DNA of 36,929 nucleotides, from positions 1-36,929 of the forward strand of contig JBHGAY010000037.1 of NCBI GenBank assembly GCA_041946735.1. The letters run 5' to 3'. The notes below the pieces were generated by a model. That model had not been told where the DNA came from. It did not search any database and was given only the letters and a program-made list of their open reading frames with translations. Positions 28,645 through 36,929 of this stretch are shown piece by piece (the first letter of the stretch is position 1; each line of letters starts with the position of its first letter). The position numbers were made by a program, and so were the translations under genes. The stretch is from Candidatus Eiseniibacteriota bacterium. Lineage in GTDB: Bacteria; Eisenbacteria; RBG-16-71-46; CAIMUX01; VGJL01.

Positions 28645-30330
28645 ATGAAGCCTTGTTCGTTAGCCGGCGCTGCTCTTTTCGTGCTTCTTGCCGTCGCCGT
28701 TCCGCTGGTTGCCCACGGGCTGCCGCTCGTCGAATCGATCGAAGGTCCGGACGGCGCCCGGCTCGTTCGGTCTCTCACTCCCGCGCAGGAACAACCGGCG
28801 CTTCCCTTGCCGGTCGCCGGCGCGCAGGGTCCGGCCGCGCGCGATGCGAACGACTACCTGTGGATCGACACGAACCACCAGGACGCGATCGCCGAGGACG
28901 TGGCGATCACCGGGGACGGCGTCTCGGTGTTCGCCGGATGGTGGCTGAACAACAAGCGTGTCGCGCTCTATACATTCGCCGGCGATGCCGCCCCCGAATG
29001 GACATTCCCGATGTCTCTCGCCGAATTCCAGATCCGCGTCGATGCTGACGACTCGGGCGACCGGCTGACGGCGACGGGCCGAGGCGAGCCGCTCTACGTC
29101 TTCGACGAGGGCTCGAACGTCCCGCTCTTCACCGAGGGATACGGCGGCGGTTCTCTCGTCGGCTACTGGTGCGCGGTCTCCGACGGCGGCGAGACGATCG
29201 CCGCGGCCGCCGGGAATCCCGCCGGAGGCGAGGGTGCGGTCTTCGTCTACTCGGGGGACGGCCAGCTCCGCTTCACCCGCTCGCTCCCTGCGCCCCCCGA
29301 AGGGCTCGCGCTCTCGGAGGACGGCCACGTGGTTGCGGCGAACGTCCGGACCTTCGTGAAGATCTGGGACGCGGACACCGGAGCGCTGCGCGATTCGGTC
29401 GCGATCCCGGGCGAGACGCAGGTGCCTGCGGTTCTTTCGGCGGATGGCTCGGTCCTCGTGACCGGCGGATTCAGCCGGACGGTCCGCGTCTATCGATGGA
29501 CCGGGGCCGCGTACGAAGCCGCCTGGTCGCACGCGATCCCCTCGACGACATGGATCACCGCGCTCGACGTCTCCGAGGACGGGTCGACGATCGCCGCCGG
29601 CACCTGGACCAGCCCCGAGGGGGGCAAGGTCGTGCTCTACGACGCCGGTTCGAGCACGCCGCTTTGGACCGATAGCTCCTACGGCGACGAAGTGGCCTCG
29701 GTCGCGTTCACGCCGAACGGCCAGTTGCTCGCCGCCGGCTCCTGGGGCCGCTACAACGCGACGGTCGGCAACGTCATCACCGTCTATCACCGCGACGGGT
29801 CGCTCTTGTACAACATGCAGGACGATGCGGTCCCCGGCATCGGATCCTGCTTCGACGTGGAGATCAGCGAGACGGGCACCCATCTCGTTGCCGGCGGCAA
29901 GGCGGTCCACGCGCGCGAATTCGGACGGGGCGGCTTCGTCGTGGCGATCGACCTGCAGAATCCGGCGAACGTCGAGGAGGTTTCGCTCCCCGGCATCGAT
30001 CACGGCCTCTCCGCCTACCCCAATCCGTTCCGCGGCGCGGTCCGCTTCGAGACACGCCGCGCGAGCGCGGGCGCGAGCGTCAGCGGGGCGGTGGGCGGCG
30101 GCAACGCTGCGGACGGAGGCGAGATGGGTGCCGTTCTTGGACCGCTCGCCGTGTACGGCGCGGACGGGCGGCTCATTCGCTCGCTGGCCGCCGACCCGGT
30201 CGACGGCGGATGGATCTGGGACGGCCGGGACGAACGTGGCCGAGAGGTGCCTCCCGGGGTCTACTTCGCCGTCCGTTCCGGTTCGCGGGGAGCGACCGGC
30301 GAAGGTTTGCGCATCTTGCGGATTCGCTGA
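28645..30330 (+). CDS. Secreted WD40-like beta-propeller protein with C-terminal FlgD-Ig-like domain
   Basis: AGGAGG then ATG 28645; signal peptide; repeated VSxDGxxxAA blades; AYPNPF..VYGADGRLIRSL..WDGRDERGREVPPGVYF. Confidence 0.88.
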   Translation: MKPCSLAGAALFVLLAVAVPLVAHGLPLVESIEGPDGARLVRSLTPAQEQPALPLPVAGAQGPAARDANDYLWIDTNHQDAIAEDVAITGDGVSVFAGWWLNNKRVALYTFAGDAAPEWTFPMSLAEFQIRVDADDSGDRLTATGRGEPLYVFDEGSNVPLFTEGYGGGSLVGYWCAVSDGGETIAAAAGNPAGGEGAVFVYSGDGQLRFTRSLPAPPEGLALSEDGHVVAANVRTFVKIWDADTGALRDSVAIPGETQVPAVLSADGSVLVTGGFSRTVRVYRWTGAAYEAAWSHAIPSTTWITALDVSEDGSTIAAGTWTSPEGGKVVLYDAGSSTPLWTDSSYGDEVASVAFTPNGQLLAAGSWGRYNATVGNVITVYHRDGSLLYNMQDDAVPGIGSCFDVEISETGTHLVAGGKAVHAREFGRGGFVVAIDLQNPANVEEVSLPGIDHGLSAYPNPFRGAVRFETRRASAGASVSGAVGGGNAADGGEMGAVLGPLAVYGADGRLIRSLAADPVDGGWIWDGRDERGREVPPGVYFAVRSGSRGATGEGLRILRIR

Positions 30331-30608
30331 CGCCTTCCGCGGGAACCACGAACGTCCGGCTTGCGCTTCCCGTCGCGCCCGGCTGGGACCGATTCCGTCC
30401 AGGCCAGGCGCGGCGGCGGAGCGGCCGGGCGTTGTCCCGTTCCCGGCGGACCCCAGCCCGCCCCGCTCGCCGGCGGCAGTGCGGGGCGGCGTGCGCTTCC
30501 CACTTCCCGAGAGCGATCCTCCTCGCCTAGCATGGCGTCCTGATCTGCGGCCGCAGCAGGACGGGTCAGCCGGGGACCGTCCGAAGCGCCGAGGAAAGGG
30601 ACGGCCCG

Positions 30609-31358
30609 TTGCCTCGCTTCGAGGACCACTTCTCCGCGCACGCCCGGGAATACGCGCTCCACAGGCCCGGCTATCCAAGCGGGCTGTTCGAGCACCTCGC
30701 CGCACTCGTCCCGAAGCACGAGCTGGCTTGGGACTGTGGGACGGGCAACGGCCAGGCGGCTCTCGAGCTGGCGCGCGTGTTCGCTCGCGTCGTCGCGACC
30801 GACGCGAGCGCGGATCAGATCGCCAATGCGTTCCTCCATCCCTCCGTGCAGTACCGCGTCGAACCGGCCGAGCAGGTTTCGATCGAGGATCGGTCGGTCG
30901 ATCTCGCGGTCGTGGCCCAGGCGGTCCATTGGTTCGATCTCGAGCGCTTCTATGCGGAGGTTCGGCGCGTCGTGCGCCCCGGCGGGATGCTCGTCGTCTG
31001 GACGTACCACCTTGCGGAGATCTCGCCCGCCGTCGATGCCGTCCTCTCCCGCTTCTACTTCGATACGCTGGCCGGCTACTGGCCCGAGCGCATCCACTAT
31101 CTCGAGGAAGGTTACGCGACGTTGCCCTTCCCCTTCCCGCACGTGCCGATTCCCGCATACGCGATGCAAGCCGACTGGGACCTGACGGCGCTCCTCGGGT
31201 TCCTCGATAGCTGGTCGGCGGTGCATCGCTACCGGGCACGCCACGGGCGTGATCCGATCGACGAGGTGCGAGAGGACCTGGCCGCCGCCTGGGGCAAGGA
31301 GACGCGCCGTATGCGCATCCTCTGGCCCCTCTCCTTCCGGGCCGGCAGGATCGGCTGA
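30609..31358 (+). CDS. Class I SAM-dependent methyltransferase
   Basis: FEDHFS..YALHRPGYP, AWDCGTGNGQ, AQAVHWFD, VRPGG; TTG start. Confidence 0.9.
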   Translation: MPRFEDHFSAHAREYALHRPGYPSGLFEHLAALVPKHELAWDCGTGNGQAALELARVFARVVATDASADQIANAFLHPSVQYRVEPAEQVSIEDRSVDLAVVAQAVHWFDLERFYAEVRRVVRPGGMLVVWTYHLAEISPAVDAVLSRFYFDTLAGYWPERIHYLEEGYATLPFPFPHVPIPAYAMQADWDLTALLGFLDSWSAVHRYRARHGRDPIDEVREDLAAAWGKETRRMRILWPLSFRAGRIG

Positions 31359-31733
31359 ACCGATCGTCGGGATTCGCGCACCGGATCGCGCGGGCGGATC
31401 GGCGCGGCGCCGCGCCGGCTTCACGGCCGCCCCCACGCCCGTTCGTGACAGGCGACCCGTAGTCCGGATCGCGTGCGAAGGGATGCCCCACTCCCGCCAC
31501 AAATCCACCCTCGCCCACCCCCGCCTGCTTTGCCGGGTCGGCTCGTCGAAACCGAATGCTAGGCTTCGAACGAGGGCCCGTCTGCAGCCCTCGAGCGAGG
31601 GAGCGCCGCCTCCCGGCTTCCTCACGGCTCCTCCAAGTCGATCGGAGCGAGAACGAGAGAGAGCGCGCGCGCAGAGAGAGCGAGAGCGAAAGACGAAGCG
31701 AAACAGCATCGTGGTAGACAAGGAGGGTTCCTC

Positions 31734-32714
31734 ATGGCACGGGACGATCGAGGAGATGGTGGACGTAAGCGGACCGAGGCGAGATGGCGTCCTGACGAGG
31801 AGAGACGGCGGCGCAGTGAGCCGTACGATGCCGGCTACTACCAAGATGAGCGGCGGCAGAGCTGGGACAGTGAGCGCGTACGGCCGCGCGACTGGGATCG
31901 CGAACGGTGGGAGGATCGCGATCGCTGGAATCGCGATCGCTGGAATCGCGAGAGGCGGCGCGAGATCGCTCGGCCCGGCTTATGGTGGGGCGAGTCCGAC
32001 GCTCGCTACACCGCGGAGCCGTACGAACGCTACGGCCGTTACGGCGGCTTGTACGGCCGCGAGGAACGCGACGACCGGCCCGATCGTGACGAAAGCCGGT
32101 ACGCGCCCTACGAGCGCGGCGGCAGGGAACAGGAACGCGGAAACGACGAACGAGGCTACGACGAATGGGTCCGGCCAACCATCACCGGCCGTCATGCGGG
32201 ACGCGGGCCGCGCGGGTATCGGCGCTCCGACGACCGGATCCGTGACGAGGTGTGCGATCGCCTGACGGATCACGGCTGGATCGACGCGAGGGACGTCGAG
32301 GTCCGCGTCGAGGACGGAGACGTGGCGCTGGAAGGGAGCGTCGAGACTCGCGAGGAGAAGCGGTTGGCCGAGGAGGTCGCCGAGCAGGTAGGCGGAGTGC
32401 GCGACGTGCAGAACCGCATCCGGGTGCGAACCCGCCGTTTCGGCCGTCCCGGCTGGGGACGGACGGCGTCCGGGCGTGTCCGCGAGGGGATGGAGGTCAT
32501 CGACCACGGCGGAGCGGGCATCGGCAGCGTGAAGGAGATCTACGATCATGACTTCCTCCTCGATCGACCGATGAAGCGCGACGTTTTCGTCCCTCTCGAT
32601 CGAGTGCAGACCGTCGAGAGCGACCGGATCCAGCTCGACGTCGACGAGGATCGGATCGACGAGATGGGATGGACGACGACCTCGGAGCGCAAGCCGGAAG
32701 ACGCGCGAAGGTGA
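31734..32714 (+). CDS. BON-domain protein with charged low-complexity N-terminus and small C-terminal beta domain (DUF2171/PRC-like)
   Basis: GRGPRGYRRSDDRIRDEVCDRLT..VEDGDVALEGSV..VRDVQNRIRV; VREGMEVID..IGSVKE; AAGGAGG RBS. Confidence 0.88.
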   Translation: MARDDRGDGGRKRTEARWRPDEERRRRSEPYDAGYYQDERRQSWDSERVRPRDWDRERWEDRDRWNRDRWNRERRREIARPGLWWGESDARYTAEPYERYGRYGGLYGREERDDRPDRDESRYAPYERGGREQERGNDERGYDEWVRPTITGRHAGRGPRGYRRSDDRIRDEVCDRLTDHGWIDARDVEVRVEDGDVALEGSVETREEKRLAEEVAEQVGGVRDVQNRIRVRTRRFGRPGWGRTASGRVREGMEVIDHGGAGIGSVKEIYDHDFLLDRPMKRDVFVPLDRVQTVESDRIQLDVDEDRIDEMGWTTTSERKPEDARR

Positions 32715-32809
32715 TCCCGCAGAAGCCGGGCCCCGGGAATCGTCGAAGACCGCTACGGGAACGGAGAGCCGCTGCCCGGCCGCAGCGCGCTCCCGAGAGG
32801 AGAGACGCG

Positions 32810-33598
32810 ATGAGCAGAGACATCGCCCGCGCTGCGCGCTCGGGCAGGACCATGAGGTTCCGCGCCGTTCTCGCGTGCCTCGTCGCCGCCGCCAGCGTTC
32901 TCGCCGGCGGCGGTCCCGGCGCCGCCTTCGCGCAGGATCGGGCCACCGATGCCGCAACCGGGATCTACGCCTCGGGCCGCGGCGTCGTCGATGTGGCGCC
33001 GGACCGGGCGATCGTCCTTCTCGGGGCGACCGTGCAGGACGAGCGGGCGGACGTCGCGCAGCAGCAGGTAAACCGCATCCTGGAGAAGGCGATCGACGCG
33101 ATCCGCCGCCTCGGAATCCACGAGGAGGATCTCCAGACCGCCGGGCTGTCGCTGCAGCCGGTCTACTCGAACCCGCCGTACGAGCCGCGCGGCGGAGAGG
33201 GCGGCGGCGAGCCTCGCATCGTCGGCTACCGCGCCTCGAACGTGCTGCGCGTGCGTGTCGATGCCATCGACCGGGTTGGATCGGTGATCGACGCCGGCGT
33301 GCGCGAGGGAGCGAACGAGATCCAGGGCATCTCGTTCGACAAGATCGACCCGGCGCCGGCCAGGCAGGAAGCGCTTCGCCGCGCGGTGGCGGAGGCGCGC
33401 GGGAAGGCACAGGCGATGGCGGAGGCCCTGGGCGTGAGGCTGGGCGATCTGTTGCAGGCGACCGAGAGCGGCTCGGGGCCCATCCAGCCCTATGGGACGA
33501 TGCTGAGGATGGAAGCCTCGCAGGCCGCCACGCAGGTTCAGCCGGGGAGGATCGAGATCGAGGGGACGGTGACCCTGCGCTACGCGATCGAACGCTGA
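32810..33598 (+). CDS. SIMPL (DUF541/YggE-like) periplasmic protein
   Basis: Signal peptide; GRGVVDVAPDRA, LQTAGLSLQPVY, GYRASN, GANEIQGISF, ARGKAQAMAEALG; start 32810 or 32852. Confidence 0.9.
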   Translation: MSRDIARAARSGRTMRFRAVLACLVAAASVLAGGGPGAAFAQDRATDAATGIYASGRGVVDVAPDRAIVLLGATVQDERADVAQQQVNRILEKAIDAIRRLGIHEEDLQTAGLSLQPVYSNPPYEPRGGEGGGEPRIVGYRASNVLRVRVDAIDRVGSVIDAGVREGANEIQGISFDKIDPAPARQEALRRAVAEARGKAQAMAEALGVRLGDLLQATESGSGPIQPYGTMLRMEASQAATQVQPGRIEIEGTVTLRYAIER

Positions 33599-36500
33599 GA
33601 CGGTCTCGCGGGTTTCGCCGCATCGCAGAGGCGTGCCGCGATCGCGAGCAGCTCCTGCGGATCGACCGGCTTCGCCAGGTGGTGCTGGAAGCCCGCTTTG
33701 CGAGCACGCTCGCGGTCTTCGTGGCGCGCGAACGCGGTGAGGGCGACGGCCGGAATCCGCGCGATCGCGGCGTCGGAAGAGGAGCGCACGGCGCGGATCA
33801 GGTCGTAGCCGTCCTGGTCCGGCATGCCGATGTCGCTGACGATCAGGTCGTAGCGTCCAGAGACCAGCAGATCGAGCGCGGCCGCGACAGAGGACGCCAT
33901 GTGCGCCTCCGCCCCCGCCTCCCGCATCCATAGCGCGATCAGGCGCGCCGCCTCCATCTCATCCTCGACGACGAGCACGCGGATTCCGGCGAGCGAGCGT
34001 GAAGCCGCCTCGAGCTGCTCGTCCGACGGCTCGCGACTCGACTCCGTCCGCGGGGCCGGACGCTCCCCTTCCGGGGCGACCCTCTGCATGCGGACGGTGA
34101 ACGTTGCGCCCTTCCCTTCTCCTTCGCTCCAAGCCTCGATCGTCCCCTCCTGCAGCGCGACGAGCTGCTTCGCGATCGAAAGTCCGAGCCCGAGGCCTTT
34201 GTACTTCCGTGTCGTCGAGGAGTCCTGCTGCCGGAACCGCTCGAAGATCGCCAAGAGGGACTCCTGGCGGATCCCGACGCCGCTGTCCGAAACGACGAAG
34301 CAGACCTGGTCGTTCTGCGCGAACACATCGAGACGGACCTCTCCCCCCTCGGGCGTGAACTTCACCGCGTTGGTCAGGAGATTGCCGAGGACCTGCTGGA
34401 GGCGATCCGGGTCGCCGAAGACCCGGCCGGCCGCGGGATCGATCGACTGCGTCAAGCGGAGGCCCTTCGCCTCGATCGATGGCAGGATCGACGCGGCGGC
34501 TTGCAGCGCCACCTCGGAGGGATCGACGAGCTGCAGGTCGAGATGGACCTTCCCCGAGATGATGCGGCTCATGTCGAGAAGCTCCTCGATCAGCTCCTTC
34601 TGGTTGCACGCGTTCCGTTCGATCGTGCGGATCGCTTCGCGGGCCTCGTCGTCGTGCAGGCGACCGGAGGAGAGCATCTGCGCCCAGCCGAGGATGACCG
34701 ACAGCGGGGTTCGCAGCTCGTGCGAAAGGGTCGCGAGGAACTCGTCCTTCATTCGTCCTGCTCGCTCCGCTTCGCTCCTCGCCTCGATGTGCTGCAGCGC
34801 CAGGGAAGCGATGCTGGCGAGCTGCACGAGCAGCGACTCGTCCTCCTCGGTCATCCCGCCGGGGTCGGGAGCCGCTTCGTCCTCCCCCTCGAACTTGCCG
34901 CAGGCCACCAGCAGCCCGCGCACGGAGCCGTTCGCCGACTCGAGGCGCGCAGCGACCACCTCTCGCGTCGCGGGGGCGGGCGGGCCGGTCGTCGAGGAGC
35001 CATCTCCCCCGGTTGTGGCGGCCGCATCCCCGCCGGTCCTGGCGGGCTCGTTCCCGCCGGCGTCCGCATCGCTGCGGCCCTCAGTGACCGCGCATTGCAG
35101 GCGGCAGGAGCGCGCCCGAAGCAGCTTCGCCCTACATGCGATGCCGTCCGCGTCGGGACGGAAGAGGATCGACGCATCGCGCTCCTCCACGCCGGACGCC
35201 GTCGCGACCGCGCCAAGCCGGAGGCTCTCCGCCGACTCTCCCAGCGAGGACACGGCCCAGCGGGCCGAAATCAGGTCGCGCGCAGCCGTGGCGACCTCGG
35301 AGAGCAGCCCCTCGACGGAGGTCTGCGCCACGACGGTCGTGGAGACCTGCGCGAGCCGCAGCCGCTGCGCAGCCGCGCGCCTCAGCCGGAGCTCGGCCTG
35401 CTCCTTCCGCTGGGCGGCAAGTTTGCGCTCCGTCACGTCGCGCAGGACGACCTGCACTCCCTGCCGTCCCTCCCATTCGGCGAGATCCGCGGACGCCTCG
35501 ACATCGACGGCGCGCCCGTCGAGCCGGAGGATCCGCGTCTCGCGAAGAGGATTGGGAGCGCCGCTCTCGGGCAAGGAATGGATCCTCTTCGCCACGCTCT
35601 CTCGGTCTTCGGGATGGACCAGATCGAGGACGCGCTGGCCGATCAGATCCCGGGGGTTCGACACGCCGAAGATGCGAAGCGCCGCCGGATTCGCGAAGAC
35701 GTAACGCCCATCGACGTGGACGAGAATCGCATCGGGACAGAACTCGACGAGGCTGGTGTAGCGCTGGTGCGTTTCTCGCAGCACGCCGATCGAGATCGTC
35801 CATGCGTGCGCGTGACGCACGGCATGAAGGGAGGCGACGATCAGATACACGCTTCCCAGGTACTGAGCAGCCCGTCCGAGCCATGCTTGCAGCGAGCCGA
35901 GGTCGCTGATGTGAAATACCCCGAGCAACCCGATCGTCGTCAAACCCAGCCCCAGCGCGTACCAGTAGAGGAAGACGGAGCCGAGCCGGCGGCTGACGGC
36001 GAGCAGCACGACCGCCGCTGCCGCGTGTCCGACGATCGCAGTGCCGAGGACCAGGTTGCGCGTAGCGGTCGGACCCTGCCCCTGCACGAAGAACTCCGGC
36101 GTCAGATGGGAGGTGGCTGCGCGAAGGATCAAGAGGGTGCCGAGGAGGATCGATCCGTACGCGAGAACCACGACGAGGGCGGGGTTCTTCGACGCGGGGC
36201 GGCGGCTGGGAGAGAGGAGCAGCAGAGCGCCGCCGACGTTGAAGATCGCGGCGAAGCAGGCGCCGATGTTGTGGATCGTCACCGCCGCGTCGAAACGCCC
36301 CCCCGGGAGGCTGAGCCCCGTGAGGGCGTTGACGAGTCCGAAGGCGAATCCCGCCGAGCCGAGCAGCAGCACGCCACGCGGTCCCCCCTCGATGTAGGCG
36401 CGCGCGGCGAGGACGGCGACCAGGATCCCTCCGAGCGTGGTGAACAAGAAGTTGCACAAGGGGGTCAGATAACGGTGCGCGCTACTCGAAACAGGGACCG

Positions 36501-36771
36501 GCCCCAGCAGGAAGAGGGCGGCGAGGATCAGTGGGATCGGGACCCAGGCGAGGCGGGCAATGCCGCGAGGCGCACGCGAGCCGGCACGGGCGCCGGGTGT
36601 GGGATCCGGCACCGCCGGGTCTACGGACGAGGAATCGACCACCGGCGTGTAGCGGTACGACGGAAGATCGGGATGCGAGTTCGACTCGCCCGCGCGCAGG
36701 ATCCGAGACGACCCGGAGTCGTCACCCCGATTCCACCGCGAGAAGAACCGGTTCGGCCGGCTCGGCTTCAT
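33580..36771 (-). CDS. Hybrid sensor histidine kinase (multi-TM MASE-like, PAS, GAF-like, HisKA, HATPase, REC)
   Basis: FANPAA..VHPEDR (PAS); FLATLSHELRTPL; NLLTNAVKFT; DSGVGI; GLGLGL; IVSDIGMPDQDG; true start probably downstream of 36771. Confidence 0.92.
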   Translation of the reverse strand: MKPSRPNRFFSRWNRGDDSGSSRILRAGESNSHPDLPSYRYTPVVDSSSVDPAVPDPTPGARAGSRAPRGIARLAWVPIPLILAALFLLGPVPVSSSAHRYLTPLCNFLFTTLGGILVAVLAARAYIEGGPRGVLLLGSAGFAFGLVNALTGLSLPGGRFDAAVTIHNIGACFAAIFNVGGALLLLSPSRRPASKNPALVVVLAYGSILLGTLLILRAATSHLTPEFFVQGQGPTATRNLVLGTAIVGHAAAAVVLLAVSRRLGSVFLYWYALGLGLTTIGLLGVFHISDLGSLQAWLGRAAQYLGSVYLIVASLHAVRHAHAWTISIGVLRETHQRYTSLVEFCPDAILVHVDGRYVFANPAALRIFGVSNPRDLIGQRVLDLVHPEDRESVAKRIHSLPESGAPNPLRETRILRLDGRAVDVEASADLAEWEGRQGVQVVLRDVTERKLAAQRKEQAELRLRRAAAQRLRLAQVSTTVVAQTSVEGLLSEVATAARDLISARWAVSSLGESAESLRLGAVATASGVEERDASILFRPDADGIACRAKLLRARSCRLQCAVTEGRSDADAGGNEPARTGGDAAATTGGDGSSTTGPPAPATREVVAARLESANGSVRGLLVACGKFEGEDEAAPDPGGMTEEDESLLVQLASIASLALQHIEARSEAERAGRMKDEFLATLSHELRTPLSVILGWAQMLSSGRLHDDEAREAIRTIERNACNQKELIEELLDMSRIISGKVHLDLQLVDPSEVALQAAASILPSIEAKGLRLTQSIDPAAGRVFGDPDRLQQVLGNLLTNAVKFTPEGGEVRLDVFAQNDQVCFVVSDSGVGIRQESLLAIFERFRQQDSSTTRKYKGLGLGLSIAKQLVALQEGTIEAWSEGEGKGATFTVRMQRVAPEGERPAPRTESSREPSDEQLEAASRSLAGIRVLVVEDEMEAARLIALWMREAGAEAHMASSVAAALDLLVSGRYDLIVSDIGMPDQDGYDLIRAVRSSSDAAIARIPAVALTAFARHEDRERARKAGFQHHLAKPVDPQELLAIAARLCDAAKPARPSQRSIA

Positions 36772-36859
36772 GATCCAACCGTCTGGCCCACGATGGGCCT
36801 TCTCCGCCGATTCCGCTGTGGGAACGGCGTCTCTGCCGGTCGCGGCACGAGGGAGAGGC

Positions 36860-36929
36860 TGGAGGCGCCATCCGGATTCGAACCGGAGAATAACGGTTTT
36901 GCAGACCGTCGCCTTACCACTTGGCTATG
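36860..36929 (-). tRNA. tRNA-Cys(GCA), 5' end cut by the window edge
   Basis: Reverse complement CATAGCCAAGTGGTAAGGCGACGGTCTGCAAAACCGTTATTCTCCGGTTCGAATCCGGATGGCGCCTCCA; anticodon GCA; CCA encoded. Confidence 0.96.

Noticed and set aside
28660..31518. 952-aa minus-strand ORF and similar long ORFs (7393-9012, 33899-35704, 31980-33707, 13641-15158)
   Set aside because: They overlap well-supported genes on the opposite strand and have low-complexity Arg/Ala/Pro composition

Overview
GC-rich bacterial chromosomal window. Two protein types suggest Candidatus Eisenbacteria or a related FCB-group candidate phylum (inference from recalled protein families): a secreted 'GKNADGALIVH..YCG' protein, and a beta-helix protein ending in SWGRLKATFR. 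From left to right: (1) an accessory-looking block (1-7260) next to the 3' end of tRNA-Leu(UAA), with small secreted proteins, a Ser/Thr kinase-degenerate P-loop-TPR gene and a divergent GAF/sigma54-type activator whose catalytic motifs are all altered; (2) a PLP aminotransferase, beta-helix protein, radical SAM-SPASM enzyme, MepK-like peptidase and MscS channel; (3) a chlD-like AAA+/VWA gene split by an apparent programmed -1 frameshift; (4) oxyR-ahpCD with a near-consensus OxyR operator; (5) a second Ser/Thr kinase; (6) a 43-bp tandem repeat array followed by a C5-methyltransferase/endonuclease/Vsr cassette; (7) an operon of two-Cys DsrC, DsrM/NarI-like membrane protein, DsrK/HmcF-like CCG protein and cysteine desulfurase, with no dsrAB in the window; (8) a beta-propeller/FlgD-Ig protein, SAM methyltransferase, BON protein, SIMPL protein, hybrid histidine kinase and a truncated tRNA-Cys. 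The best candidates for new biology are the DsrC/MK-desulfurase operon, the frameshifted chlD and the split kinase/pseudo-activator pair. Start codons were re-chosen by eye from ribosome-binding sites, and no database searches were run.
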